DNA from: Candidatus Enterosoma merdigallinarum
GTDB lineage: Bacteria; Bacillota_I; Bacilli_A; RFN20; CAG-288
Length of the DNA stretch: 64,000 bases
Assembly (NCBI GenBank): GCA_018714385.1
Contig: DVNL01000010.1
Coordinates: forward strand, 6,664 to 70,663
Reading direction: 5' to 3'
A program made the position numbers and the translations under genes. The notes beneath the pieces are model-generated. The model was not told where the DNA came from, made no database searches, and worked only from the letters and a program-made list of their open reading frames with translations. Shown here in pieces: positions 16,352 through 26,835 of this stretch; positions within the stretch are counted from its first letter, which is position 1; every line of letters starts with the position of its first letter.

Positions 16352-18499
16352 ATGCCGCTAGACAAAGCCGCGGTGATCGCACAGGAACTGCATCTTGCAA
16401 TTCCGGGCGTGACAACCGCCATCAATCTGCTCAAGGAAGGCAATACCGTCCCTTTCATCGCCCGCTATCGCAAGGAGCAGACGGGCGGCTTGACCGATGA
16501 AAATCTGCGCCATCTCGAGGAAAGGCTTGTCTACCTCGAGGGGCTGGAAGACAGGAAGAAAACCGTTTTCAAGAGCTTGAAGGAACAGAACATCGAGGAT
16601 CCGGACCTCTATGAGAAAATCGAGAATTCCCTTCTTTTGAGCGAGGTGGAGGATCTCTATCGCCCCTACAAGCCCAAGAAGATAACGCGTGCGGTGAAGG
16701 CAAGGAAGGCCGGCTTGACGCCGTTAAGGGATTTCTTCCTCGCCGACAGGACCGGGAGGCTCAAGGAGGAGGCGGCAAAGTACATCACCGAGGAATATGG
16801 AAGTGCGGAAGCCTGCATCCAAGGTGCCATGGATATCGTCGCCGAGGAGATTTCGGACAATCCCAATTACCGGACTTTCATCAAGAACATCGCCTACAAG
16901 AGAGGCATCGTCAAGACGACCAAAACGAAGGATGCCGATAGCGATGTCTATGACAATTACGCCGACTACAGCCGACCGATCCTCTCGCTCAAGGGATATA
17001 ACGTCCTCGCCATCAACCGTGGCGTGAAGCGTAAGTGTCTCAATCGCAAGCTTCTTTTGCCCGACGAGGAAATCCTGTCGCACATTCTCTCCCTATCTTT
17101 CAGCCGAAATTCCCCCTATTCCGAATGGAACCGCAGGACCGCCGAGGACAGCTATGAGAGATTGATCCGCCCATCGATCGAGAACGAGGTCTTTTCGGAT
17201 TTGATGGACAAGGCCTCCACGGAAGCGATCGAGGAGTTCAAGGTCTCCCTGCGTGCAACGCTGCTCTATCCGCCGCTTCGAGGCCAGAAAGTGATGGGAT
17301 TCGATCCGGGTTTTGCCCATGGATGCAAGCTGGCTTTCATCGATGAAAACGGCTCGGTACTTGGAACTTATGTTCTCAACAATCCTTTCATGAATGAAAG
17401 AAGCGCGCAAGCCGCAAAGGCAAAGCTTCGCGAGCTCATCCTTCGATATGGGACGTATGTCGTCGCCCTCGGAAACGGCCATGCCTCCAGGGAGAGCGAA
17501 TCGCTTTTGCGGCAGTTGAAGAAGGAAGAGGGGATGGATGGCCTGCAGATCGTCATCGTTTCCGAATCGGGCGCCTCCATCTATTCGGCGACCGAGCTTG
17601 CCCAAAAAGAGTTCCCGCAATACGAGCCCAATATCCGGTCTGCCATTTCCATCGCCAGAAGGCTTGAGGATCCTCTCGCTGAGCTGGTGAAGATACCGCC
17701 CATGTCCATCGGCGTCGGACAATATCAATACGATATCGATGAAAAACGTCTTTCCGAAGCTTTGAAAGGCGTTGTGGAAGATGCCGTCAATTATGTCGGG
17801 GTCAATCTCAATTCCGCTTCCGCGGCCTTGCTCTCGTATGTCTCCGGCATCAACGGAAAGATTGCTTCCTCCATCGTGTCCTATCGGGAAAAACACGGTC
17901 CCATCCTCTCCCGCTCCGCCTTGAAGGATGTCCCTTATCTCGGGCCGAAGAGCTTCGAAAACTGCGCCGGTTTCCTTCGCATCCCCGAAAGCGAGGAATT
18001 CCTCGACAACACCGCCGTCCATCCGGAATCCTATCCGATCGCCAGGAAAATCATGCAGCGGTTTGCCATACATTCCGCCGACTCCGATCGCAGCGCTTTG
18101 ATGCGTCTGTCCGAGGACGAGAAGAGCGCCCTCGCCGTGGAATTCTCCGTCGGGAAGGAAACCTTATGCGATATCCTCGCCGAAATCGTCAAGCCCAGCC
18201 GGGATCCCCGAAAGGAGATGAAGACGGCCGCCCTTCGGGACGACATCAAGGACATCAAGGACCTCAAGGTCGGCGAAATCCTGGAGGGGACGATCCGGAA
18301 CGTCACCGGTTTCGGCTTCTTCGTCGACCTCGGCATCGAGATCAACGGTCTCGTCCACGTGACGGAGATTCGAAACGGCCGCGTCGAGGATCCCCATTCC
18401 TACGGGAAGCCCGGCGACATCGTGAAAGTCAAGGTCAAGGCGGTCGACCTCGACAAGAAGAGAATCTCCCTTTCTATGAAAGGGATTAAGCAGGATTGA
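16352..18499 (+). CDS. tex: Tex-like transcription accessory protein (S1 RNA-binding domain at the C-terminus)
   Basis: From ORF 16328..18499, with ATG 16352 behind AAGGAGG. The N-terminus ...NTVPFIARYRKEQTGGL... and the C-terminal S1 domain (GTIRNVTGFGFFVDLG...) are typical. Confidence 0.9.
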   Translation: MPLDKAAVIAQELHLAIPGVTTAINLLKEGNTVPFIARYRKEQTGGLTDENLRHLEERLVYLEGLEDRKKTVFKSLKEQNIEDPDLYEKIENSLLLSEVEDLYRPYKPKKITRAVKARKAGLTPLRDFFLADRTGRLKEEAAKYITEEYGSAEACIQGAMDIVAEEISDNPNYRTFIKNIAYKRGIVKTTKTKDADSDVYDNYADYSRPILSLKGYNVLAINRGVKRKCLNRKLLLPDEEILSHILSLSFSRNSPYSEWNRRTAEDSYERLIRPSIENEVFSDLMDKASTEAIEEFKVSLRATLLYPPLRGQKVMGFDPGFAHGCKLAFIDENGSVLGTYVLNNPFMNERSAQAAKAKLRELILRYGTYVVALGNGHASRESESLLRQLKKEEGMDGLQIVIVSESGASIYSATELAQKEFPQYEPNIRSAISIARRLEDPLAELVKIPPMSIGVGQYQYDIDEKRLSEALKGVVEDAVNYVGVNLNSASAALLSYVSGINGKIASSIVSYREKHGPILSRSALKDVPYLGPKSFENCAGFLRIPESEEFLDNTAVHPESYPIARKIMQRFAIHSADSDRSALMRLSEDEKSALAVEFSVGKETLCDILAEIVKPSRDPRKEMKTAALRDDIKDIKDLKVGEILEGTIRNVTGFGFFVDLGIEINGLVHVTEIRNGRVEDPHSYGKPGDIVKVKVKAVDLDKKRISLSMKGIKQD

Positions 18500-18551
18500 T
18501 TCGGTTATGTTAAAATCTTTTCAGCCGTCGATTCGACATTAGGAGGTCAAT

Positions 18552-18917
18552 ATGACAGATTACGTCTACCTCGGAAATCAAAGAAACGGAAAGAAGGGCG
18601 TTTCGACCTATGTCTATTGCCAAATCGCCCAGGAGGCCGTCCAAGGGCTTGCGCAAGGAAATCTTGCGGGGCAGTTTCTTCTCAATGAGACGAAGAAGGG
18701 CCCGAAGATCATCGCCCGTGTCGACAAGAGAAACCACGTCAGCATCGAGATCGAAATCTCTCTCATCGGGGAGAAGGACGCGCAGAGCTGCTGTGCCGAG
18801 ATACAGAAGGCCGTCTATGAAGCGATCGACGACCTCTTGGAGACGCCACCGAGCAAAGTCAACGTCGCCGTGAGCCGATTGGCCGTCAAAGCCGATGAAA
18901 GAAAACAAGGAAAATAA
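18552..18917 (+). CDS. Asp23/Gls24 family envelope stress protein
   Basis: ORF 18552..18917 with SD AGGAGG. Its position upstream of nusB matches Bacillus yqhY, and size and sequence pattern are consistent. Confidence 0.7.
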   Translation: MTDYVYLGNQRNGKKGVSTYVYCQIAQEAVQGLAQGNLAGQFLLNETKKGPKIIARVDKRNHVSIEIEISLIGEKDAQSCCAEIQKAVYEAIDDLLETPPSKVNVAVSRLAVKADERKQGK

Positions 18918-19425
18918 GACGCGAGCCGAGAAGGCGCTAGGCTATCTTGCCTCTCTCCCGATCGTCCTTGCCCTTCTGTCTCTTCTGGCCGAAGTCCTTC
19001 TTCAGTCTACCTTCACCTACTCCCTGGAGACGGGCTATACCCTTCCCCATGTGACGGGTCTTCTCTTCTCCGCCTCCGGCTTGGTCTTCTATCAGCTTCT
19101 CGGAAGCTATGATGTCGGCATGATTCAATCGGCCCTGGCTGCCGTCAACATCGTCCTTGCCCTTCTCTTCCTTTTTCTGTCCTCGGCGGCGATGAAAGGG
19201 AAGAAGTGGGCCCTGCCGGTCGTTTCGGGCCTTTACGCCGCGGATGCCGTTCTCTCCCTTGCCCTCTTTGCCCTCTCCGGTCTCAGTCGCTATGTCGTGC
19301 CTCTCTCCGCCGTGGACATCGCCCTGAACGTCCTCTTCCATGTTCTGGGGCTTGGCGGACTTGCCTATGCTCTCTACCTGGCTTTCCGGGTAGGAAAGGA
19401 ACGAAAGAAAGATGGAAATGAATAG
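18895..19425 (+). CDS. Integral membrane protein (176 aa, about 5 TM), unknown function
   Basis: ORF 18895..19425, strongly hydrophobic. It overlaps both neighbours in the operon and has no clear SD. Confidence 0.5.
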   Translation: MKENKENKTRAEKALGYLASLPIVLALLSLLAEVLLQSTFTYSLETGYTLPHVTGLLFSASGLVFYQLLGSYDVGMIQSALAAVNIVLALLFLFLSSAAMKGKKWALPVVSGLYAADAVLSLALFALSGLSRYVVPLSAVDIALNVLFHVLGLGGLAYALYLAFRVGKERKKDGNE

Positions 19426-19840
19426 GACGGACGAAAGAATCAAAGTCATGCAGGCTCTCTATCAGGTCTTCCTCTTTTTGGAGAACAAGGAGGACTTCGA
19501 CGCGACGGAGGTCTTGCTCTCCCAGTTCGGGAAGACCGATGTCAAGGAGATTCCCGCCTTCTCCCGTTGCGTCTATTCTCTGGCGTTGGAGAACTACGAC
19601 GCCATAAGGGAGGAAATCGCGAGCCACCTCGTCAATTGGACGTTCGAGCGTCTCGACGACGTCTGCAAGGCGATCCTCTTCGAGGCGGTCAGCGAAGGCC
19701 GCTATGCGAAACTTGCCCCGAGGAAAGTCGTCATCAGCGAGGCCGTGAAGATGAGCAAGAACTATCTCGAGGACGGCGACCACCGCTTCGTCAACGCCGT
19801 CCTGGACAAGAGCATCCCGGCCTATGATTTCCAAGGATAG
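19412..19840 (+). CDS. nusB: Transcription antitermination factor NusB
   Basis: ORF 19412..19840. RTDERIKVMQALYQV... and its size are typical, and it shows synteny with xseA. Confidence 0.85.
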   Translation: MEMNRTDERIKVMQALYQVFLFLENKEDFDATEVLLSQFGKTDVKEIPAFSRCVYSLALENYDAIREEIASHLVNWTFERLDDVCKAILFEAVSEGRYAKLAPRKVVISEAVKMSKNYLEDGDHRFVNAVLDKSIPAYDFQG

Positions 19841-21095
19841 GACATTTTCCGTCGGCCAGCTGAGCGAGATCCTGAAGGCATGCTTCCAGAACCCCGCGTT
19901 CAAGGGAATCCGTGTCTATGGGGAAGTCTACTCTATCCGGCTCGGCCGTTTTTCCTACATCGAGATCGGCGACCAAGGGAAGCTTCAGACCAATTCCCCC
20001 TTGATCAAGTGCGCCTTCTCGACCCCCCGCGGAGACACCTATGGCCTCTCCCAGGTCCAGGTGGGCGATGTGATCCAGGTGGAAGGAGACCTCTCCTACT
20101 ATGCCCACGGGTCCGCCGTCACCCTTTGGGGCAATGACGTCTCTCTTCTTCGCACGCAGATGGGGAAGACCCTCCTTGCCAGGAGGAAGACCTTGGAGAA
20201 GCTCGACAGGCTCGGCTACCTCGACCCGAAGAGAAAGAGGCCGATTCCGGCCTATTGCCGCAGGGTCGCCATCGTCACCGCGAAAGGCTCCGCCGCCTAT
20301 AGCGACATGCTCAAGACCCTTCATGGCCGCTTCCCGGTTTCGACGGTCCTCTTCCCCGCCATCGTGCAAGGCGAGAATGCGGCAAGAAGCATCGTCAAGG
20401 CCTTGAAGAAAGCCGGCGAGGGCGACTTCGACTGCATCCTCCTTGGCCGTGGCGGCGGAAGCAAGAGCGACCTCTCCGCCTTCGACGACGAGGAGCTCGC
20501 CCTGGCCATTGCCACCTCCCCCATTCCCGTCATCACCTGTATCGGGCATACCATCGATACCGCGATCGCGGATATGGTCTCCGACGTGAAGGCCATCACC
20601 CCGACGGAAGGGGCCAGTCTGATCAATCCCTCCTTGGACGAGGTGAAAGCCAACCGGGAACTTTTCCTTCGACAGCTCCGAGAGACTTTTGGAGAGAGGA
20701 TCAAAGACAAGGAAATGGCCTTGGACGGCTTCCGGCAAAGATTGGAAGACCTCTCCCCGAAAAGGCGTGCCGCCATGCGACTGGACGCCCTGAAGGCCAA
20801 CTTCGCCAGCCTGACGAAGACCTATCGGGGCCGCATTCATTCCGAGGCGGGAAAGGCATCGGCAAGGAAGGATGCCTTAAAAGCCCTGTTTCTGTCGAAT
20901 CTCAAGTCGGCCAGAGACAAGCTCGCTCTCTTCGGCAAGACGCTCGAATCGCTTTCCAAGGAGAATCTCGCGAAATCCGGCTATGCCCTCGTCTTCAAGG
21001 ATGGAAAGAAAATCGTTTCCGCCCAAGAGCTTAGGCGTGGCGACAAGGCAGTCCTGACCTTCATCGACGGCAGAAAAGAAGTTGAAGTTCAGTGA
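19824..21095 (+). CDS. xseA: Exodeoxyribonuclease VII large subunit
   Basis: ORF 19824..21095. It has an OB-fold N-terminus and the motif ...ILLGRGGGSKSDLSAFDDEELA... Confidence 0.9.
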   Translation: MISKDRTFSVGQLSEILKACFQNPAFKGIRVYGEVYSIRLGRFSYIEIGDQGKLQTNSPLIKCAFSTPRGDTYGLSQVQVGDVIQVEGDLSYYAHGSAVTLWGNDVSLLRTQMGKTLLARRKTLEKLDRLGYLDPKRKRPIPAYCRRVAIVTAKGSAAYSDMLKTLHGRFPVSTVLFPAIVQGENAARSIVKALKKAGEGDFDCILLGRGGGSKSDLSAFDDEELALAIATSPIPVITCIGHTIDTAIADMVSDVKAITPTEGASLINPSLDEVKANRELFLRQLRETFGERIKDKEMALDGFRQRLEDLSPKRRAAMRLDALKANFASLTKTYRGRIHSEAGKASARKDALKALFLSNLKSARDKLALFGKTLESLSKENLAKSGYALVFKDGKKIVSAQELRRGDKAVLTFIDGRKEVEVQ

Positions 21096-21106
21096 GGTAA
21101 AGACAT

Positions 21107-21322
21107 ATGGAAAAGAAGAACGCGAAAAAAGACATCCAGAAGCTCACCTATGCCCAGCTCGAGGAAGAGTCCGCCATCGTCCTGAAGACATTGCAGGAGC
21201 AGGATCTCCCGCTCGATGAAAGCAAGGCCCTCTACGATTACGGAAAGAGGCTCTATGACGAAATGGCAAGGCGTCTCGATGCCCTTTTGAAAGAGACGAA
21301 TGACGAGGAGGAGGCATCCTGA
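21107..21322 (+). CDS. xseB: Exodeoxyribonuclease VII small subunit
   Basis: ORF 21107..21322, 71 aa and helical. It lies immediately after xseA. Confidence 0.85.
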   Translation: MEKKNAKKDIQKLTYAQLEEESAIVLKTLQEQDLPLDESKALYDYGKRLYDEMARRLDALLKETNDEEEAS

Positions 21323-23174
21323 GGTGAAGATCGACCACGAGGCGCTCAAGGACCTGCAGCCGAATCAGGAAAAGGTTCTGGCCAGCGACATCCGCAGCGA
21401 CATTCTTTCAAGCGCCTCTCTTCACGGGGGACACCTTTCTTCCAACCTCGGGGCGGTCGAATTGACTCTTTCCCTTCTCAAGGCATTCGATCCCTATGAG
21501 GACGACATTCTTTTCGATGTCGGGCATCAGACCTATGCCTACAAGATACTGACCGGACGGAGCCTTGCCACCTTGCGTCAATATCACGGGACGGCCCCTT
21601 TCTCCGATCCGGAGGAGAGCAAGGCGGACAAATATCTCAATGGCCATGCCTCCACAGCCGTCTCTGTCGCCTATGGGATGGCTCTGGCTAAGGCGATTTC
21701 CAAAGACGAAAGCTATACTGTCGCCGTCGTCGGCGATTCCTCCCTGTCTTCCGGCATCACGATGGAGGCTCTCGGCCTTCTTTCCGACGACCACAAGACG
21801 CCGCTCATCATCGTCATCAACGACAACGGCATGTCTATCGGAAAGGACGTCAGCTTCGTCGGAAGGGAGTTCCGGAAGCTGCGCAATTCCCGTTTTTATT
21901 TCAGGACTTCCAACTTCCTGGGCAAGGCGATGTCCAAAAGCAAGGCCACGTGGAAGCTTTTCCTCCGGCTGCGCAGTCTGAAAGACAGGATACGGCAAGC
22001 CCTCATTTCCCCCACGGTCTTCGAAAGCATGGGCATCAAGTATATCGGCCCCTATGACGGACATGACTTCGAAAGCCTCGATCTGGCCTTCAAGAAGGCC
22101 AAGTCTTCTGTCCGTAACGGCCCTGTCATCGTCCATGTCATCACGAAGAAGGGTTACGGATATCCGCCGGCGATGAAGGACGAAAAAGGCGAGTTCCATG
22201 GCGTGAGCAAAAGCTTCGACGAAGAAAAGCCATCTTCCAGCGATTCGTTCACGGCTTACAAAAGGGTATTGCTGGAAGAGAAGATGGCGCAGGACGAGAA
22301 GGCGTTCGTCATCTGCCCGGCGATGGTCTACGGCTCCGACCTGGAGAGCGTGTTCAAGGCTTATCCCGAACGGACATTGGATGTCGGGATCGCCGAGGAA
22401 AATGCCGTCACCCTGGCAAGCGGACTCGCCCTGAAGGGGTTCCACCCCGTGGTGGACATCTATTCGACTTTTCTCCAGAGGAGCTATGACGAGGTCTTCG
22501 AGGATATCGCCAGGGAACGGTGCGACAACCTCTTCCTCATCGAAAGGGCAGGCCTTGTCGGCGAGGACGGCTCGTCCCATCAAGGGCTCTACGACGTGGC
22601 CTTTCTCAAGTCCATACCGGGGACGAGAATCGTCATGCCATACGATAAAGCGAGCCTGGAGCGCCTATTTGAGGCACACTGGTTTTCCAAGAAAAGGCCC
22701 ACGTTCATCCGCTTTCCGAAAGATGCCCCCCAAAACGATCATCCCCCCGTCCTCGTCGACGGTTCTTTTGACGTGATCGAGAAGAAGGGGAAGGATGTTC
22801 TTTTCCTGGCCACAGGTCCTAACGGCATGAAGGCGGCTCTTCTTTTCGATGAAAAGATGGCGATGGACAAAGCCATGCTGACGGATCTTCTCCCAACGAA
22901 GGAGGAGATTGTCCGTTTCGGACTTTTGGACTATCGGACGATCTATTTCTATGACGCCTATTCCACCTTGGAGGGAAGCGCCGGCCATATTTCAGCTCTC
23001 CTTCTCTCTCTTGGCTATAAGGGGCGCTTCGTCCCCTATGCCTTCAAGACGGAATTCGTCCCCCACGGAAGCCTCAAGGATCTCTACGATGCCTATTCTC
23101 TCTCGCCGGAAAAGGTCATCGAGGCCGTGAGTAACGACTTTGCGGCAGAGACGGAAAAGGACAAAAGAGATTAG
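21300..23174 (+). CDS. dxs: 1-deoxy-D-xylulose-5-phosphate synthase
   Basis: ORF 21300..23174 carries ...HGGHLSSNLGAVELTLSL...FDVGHQTYAYKILTGR.... An alternative GTG start at 21324 behind GGAGGAGG is possible. Confidence 0.93.
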   Translation: MTRRRHPEVKIDHEALKDLQPNQEKVLASDIRSDILSSASLHGGHLSSNLGAVELTLSLLKAFDPYEDDILFDVGHQTYAYKILTGRSLATLRQYHGTAPFSDPEESKADKYLNGHASTAVSVAYGMALAKAISKDESYTVAVVGDSSLSSGITMEALGLLSDDHKTPLIIVINDNGMSIGKDVSFVGREFRKLRNSRFYFRTSNFLGKAMSKSKATWKLFLRLRSLKDRIRQALISPTVFESMGIKYIGPYDGHDFESLDLAFKKAKSSVRNGPVIVHVITKKGYGYPPAMKDEKGEFHGVSKSFDEEKPSSSDSFTAYKRVLLEEKMAQDEKAFVICPAMVYGSDLESVFKAYPERTLDVGIAEENAVTLASGLALKGFHPVVDIYSTFLQRSYDEVFEDIARERCDNLFLIERAGLVGEDGSSHQGLYDVAFLKSIPGTRIVMPYDKASLERLFEAHWFSKKRPTFIRFPKDAPQNDHPPVLVDGSFDVIEKKGKDVLFLATGPNGMKAALLFDEKMAMDKAMLTDLLPTKEEIVRFGLLDYRTIYFYDAYSTLEGSAGHISALLLSLGYKGRFVPYAFKTEFVPHGSLKDLYDAYSLSPEKVIEAVSNDFAAETEKDKRD

Positions 23175-23183
23175 GAGGGAAAC

Positions 23184-24836
23184 ATGATCAAGGAACTGCA
23201 TATCCAAAACCTTGCCGTCATCCAGGATTCGACTCTTGACCTCGATTCCCCCTATCTTGCCCTGGTCGGCGAGACGGGAGCCGGCAAGAGCCTCATCGTC
23301 GATTCCCTGTCCCTCCTTCGCGGGGACAAGGCGGAAAAAGCACTCATTCGCGACGGCGAAAAAGAGGCCACCGTCGCGGCTCTCTTCACCCTTTCCGATG
23401 CGGAACGAAAAAGTCTTTCTCTTCCCGGGGATGTCGTCGACGACGAGGGCTCCCTCGTGCTGAAAAGGACGATATCCCTCGCCGCTTCCGGGCGTTGCCA
23501 CGTCAATGGCGTCCCCTGTTCCCTGAAGGAGCTCAAGGATATCGGAAGCCGGCTTGTGGACATTCACTCCCAGGGCGAGAACGATGCCATACTCGACGAC
23601 AGGATGAGTCTATTCTATGTCGACAGCTATGGCGGAAAGGAAATCGCCGCCCTCAAGAATGCCTATCGCGACGAATATCGTCTCCTGCTTCGCAAGAAGG
23701 ACGAATATGCCGACTTTTTGCGCGAGGGAAAAGAACTGGACGAGGACTATCTCCGGTTCCAGATCGCCGAAATCGAAAAATACGGGCTGAAGGAGGACGA
23801 GATCGAGAGCCTCGAAAGAGAGGCAAAGGATCTTCAGGAGACGGCGCAGCTCGAGGAGAGCTTCGCAAGGGTCGGGGAGACAAGCCGTCTTCAGGAAGGG
23901 GACATCTCCGATGTCGTTTCCGCCCTGCTTTCCGCTCTCCGCCCTTTGACGAAAGGCCCTCTTTCGGAAGAAGCGTGCCAGGCCATCGATAGCGGCCGTT
24001 CCTTCCTGTCGGCGATTGCCTTGCTGAAGGAGAACTATCGTTTGCTGGACCTCGATCCTGCGAGACTAGATTCGATAAACGAGAGGCTCTTCTCTCTTAA
24101 GGGGCTGCAAAGGAAATACGGCAAAACGACTGCCCAGATCCTCGACAGGCTCAACGATTACAAGGCGAAGCTGAACTGTGTCATCGATTTCCAAGGCGAG
24201 AAAGAGCGCCGTGAGGACGAGATCGCCAAGGCGAAAAAGCAATGTCTGCTCCTTGCCGAATCACTATCCCAAGCCCGGAAAACGGCCGCTGCTAGTCTTT
24301 CTGCGGCTATCGGAAAGGAAATGGGCGGCCTGGGGCTTCTCAGAGACGGATTCGAAGTGCGCTTTACGAGTACGGAGCTCGGGCCGGAAGGGATCGACAA
24401 GGCCGTCTTTTTCATCAGGCTCAACAAGGGCCTGGAGGCCGCCGAATTGAAGAAGGCCGCATCCGGTGGTGAAGGCTCACGGCTGATGCTCGCCCTCAAG
24501 TCTGTCCTGAACCACCTTTCTCCGCGCGACGTCATCGTCCTGGACGAGATCGATGCCGGCGTCTCCGGGAAGGCGGCTTCCCTGATGGCGAAGAAGATAC
24601 GCACCTTGAGCAAGGACAGCCAGGTTCTTGTCGTTTCGCATCTGGCACAGGTCGTGGCCTCCTCAAAGGATGCCATACAGGTCACGAAGAAAATCAAGGA
24701 CGGCAAGACGGTCGTCGAGGCGAAACGTCTCGATGAGGAAGGCCGTATAGACGAAATCGCAAGGATGATTTCCGGAAAGGAACTCACTCCGGCGGCCAAA
24801 GAACAGGCCAGGGAACTCCAGAAGGAATACCGCTGA
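23184..24836 (+). CDS. recN: DNA repair protein RecN
   Basis: ORF 23184..24836. It has MIKELHIQNLAVI...LVGETGAGKS (Walker A) and a C-terminal SMC-like signature. Confidence 0.93.
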   Translation: MIKELHIQNLAVIQDSTLDLDSPYLALVGETGAGKSLIVDSLSLLRGDKAEKALIRDGEKEATVAALFTLSDAERKSLSLPGDVVDDEGSLVLKRTISLAASGRCHVNGVPCSLKELKDIGSRLVDIHSQGENDAILDDRMSLFYVDSYGGKEIAALKNAYRDEYRLLLRKKDEYADFLREGKELDEDYLRFQIAEIEKYGLKEDEIESLEREAKDLQETAQLEESFARVGETSRLQEGDISDVVSALLSALRPLTKGPLSEEACQAIDSGRSFLSAIALLKENYRLLDLDPARLDSINERLFSLKGLQRKYGKTTAQILDRLNDYKAKLNCVIDFQGEKERREDEIAKAKKQCLLLAESLSQARKTAAASLSAAIGKEMGGLGLLRDGFEVRFTSTELGPEGIDKAVFFIRLNKGLEAAELKKAASGGEGSRLMLALKSVLNHLSPRDVIVLDEIDAGVSGKAASLMAKKIRTLSKDSQVLVVSHLAQVVASSKDAIQVTKKIKDGKTVVEAKRLDEEGRIDEIARMISGKELTPAAKEQARELQKEYR

Positions 24837-25891
24837 TGGAAAAAACGATCGTCCATATCGACCTCAATGCCTTTTTTGCCCAGGCGGAGTGTCTGAGAGA
24901 CACCTCGCTTGCCGGCAAGGCGATTGCTGTCGGATATGACGGAAGGCGCGGCGTTGTCTCGACCGCCTCCTACGAAGCGCGCAAGTCGGGCGTTTCTTCG
25001 GGAATGCCGATTGCCAAGGCCAAGGAACTTTGCCCGGCATTGATCATTGTCGATGGACATTATTCCTATTATCGTGAACTGTCCAGACAATTCTTTGGTT
25101 ATCTCAAAAAGCGGTTTCCAATTTTGGAACAGGCATCTATCGATGAATGCTATATCGATATGACGGAGGAAGTCCACGGAAAGGATATACATGGCTTTCT
25201 CTTCGACTTGCAGCTTTCTCTCTATCGCGTGACGCGATTGAAGTGTTCCATCGGTTGCGGTCCGAACAAGTTTCTCGCCAAGATGGCAAGCGACATGAAA
25301 AAACCGATGGGATTGACGATACTCGATCGCGAAAGCCTTCCTTCCCTTCTCTGGCCCCTTCCCATCGAAAAAATGTATGGCGTCGGCACAAAGACCGCAC
25401 CGCGGCTGAGGATGCTTGGCATCGAAACAATCGGCGACCTGGGCAGGACCAATGATGAAAACGTCCGCAAGGCCCTCGGCTCCTTCTTCGACTTTCTCCA
25501 AGGCGAAGCGAACGGATGGGGCGAGGATGTCGTCGACACGTCATCCTTCGATCCCAAGTCCTGTTCGGCAGAAAGGACCTTCCCGGAAAACATAACCGAA
25601 TATGAGGAAATCCAGGACATGATCCATCTGTGTTCACGGGACGTCGCACGGGAATTGCGGAAGTATAAAAAGAAAGCGACGATCGTTTCCTTGAAATTGC
25701 GGGACGATCATTTTGTCACCCGCTCGAAGAGGCAGAAGATGAGGGAGCCTTCCGACAAGGAAGGAGACATCTTTTTTACGGCGATGTCCATCTATGACGC
25801 TTTCTATCGCGGCGAGAGCCTGCGCCTGGTCGGCGTCGCTGCCGAGAAAGTTCTTTCTGTTTCTTCGGAGGATAAGGAGACGGTACTATGA
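24836..25891 (+). CDS. dinB: DNA polymerase IV (Y-family)
   Basis: ORF 24836..25891 carries IVHIDLNAFFAQAE... and ...SIDECYIDMT... motifs. Confidence 0.9.
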   Translation: MEKTIVHIDLNAFFAQAECLRDTSLAGKAIAVGYDGRRGVVSTASYEARKSGVSSGMPIAKAKELCPALIIVDGHYSYYRELSRQFFGYLKKRFPILEQASIDECYIDMTEEVHGKDIHGFLFDLQLSLYRVTRLKCSIGCGPNKFLAKMASDMKKPMGLTILDRESLPSLLWPLPIEKMYGVGTKTAPRLRMLGIETIGDLGRTNDENVRKALGSFFDFLQGEANGWGEDVVDTSSFDPKSCSAERTFPENITEYEEIQDMIHLCSRDVARELRKYKKKATIVSLKLRDDHFVTRSKRQKMREPSDKEGDIFFTAMSIYDAFYRGESLRLVGVAAEKVLSVSSEDKETVL

Positions 25892-26835
25892 CGCTGACGG
25901 AAGCCAAGGAAAGCTTTCTCACCTTTCTTTCCGCCGAAAAAGGAGACAGCGCCAAGACCCTGGAGTGCTACGGAAGGGATCTCGACGATTTCGTTGCTTT
26001 TCTCAATAACAAGGATTGCCGAGACCTTGCCATTGGGGATTACCAGGATTTCCTTCTCTCTCTTTCGGAGAAAGGCTATCGAAAAAGCAGCATCGTCCGG
26101 AAGAGCATGGCCGTGAGGGGGCTTTATCGCTTCCTGAAGAACGAAGGAATAGCCGATGTCATCCTTTCGGAGATGAAGACACCGAAAAAGGAGGAAAAGC
26201 TGCCCCAGACTTTGACCGACGAAGAAGTCCGGCAGCTCTTCTCTTCTGTCGATACCCTTTCCTACAAAGGCCTTCTCGACCTGGCAATGATGACTTTCTG
26301 CTACGGCTGCGGATTGCGTGTCAGCGAGCTGGTGGATATGAGGCAGGACCAGCTTAACCTTGCCGGGGGATATGTCAAGATACTCGGCAAGGGCGGAAAA
26401 GAGAGAATTCTTCCTCTCGGGAAAGAGGCCCAAAGCTATCTGAGCCTCTATTCCGCAAGAAGAAAGAAAGAGAGGATTCGGAAGGGGAAGAAATATCTTT
26501 TCGTCCACAGAGACGGGAGCAAAGTCTCACGCCAATATTTCTTTCTGATGTTGCGAAAGCGGGCGGAAGAAGCGGGAATAGGAAGGAAGGTCCATCCCCA
26601 CATGCTCCGGCACACCTTCGCGACGACCTTGCTCGAACACGGAGCCCCCATTCGCCAAGTCCAGGAGATGCTCGGCCATTCGCAGGTCGAGACGACGATG
26701 ATCTATACGCATGTCTCCACAAGATTGAAGCAGGAAGCCTACGACAAAGCGATGAAAAGAGAGGATGGCGACTCGAGCAAAGAACAGCCGAAGATTGAGG
26801 AAAGCGCTATAATTGATAAGGAGGCAGTCATATGA
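25888..26835 (+). CDS. xerD: Tyrosine recombinase XerD/XerC family
   Basis: ORF 25888..26835. It carries GLRVSEL, HMLRHTFATTLLEHG, LGHSQVETTMIYTHV. Synteny with deoB matches Bacillus ripX-drm. Confidence 0.85.
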   Translation: MTLTEAKESFLTFLSAEKGDSAKTLECYGRDLDDFVAFLNNKDCRDLAIGDYQDFLLSLSEKGYRKSSIVRKSMAVRGLYRFLKNEGIADVILSEMKTPKKEEKLPQTLTDEEVRQLFSSVDTLSYKGLLDLAMMTFCYGCGLRVSELVDMRQDQLNLAGGYVKILGKGGKERILPLGKEAQSYLSLYSARRKKERIRKGKKYLFVHRDGSKVSRQYFFLMLRKRAEEAGIGRKVHPHMLRHTFATTLLEHGAPIRQVQEMLGHSQVETTMIYTHVSTRLKQEAYDKAMKREDGDSSKEQPKIEESAIIDKEAVI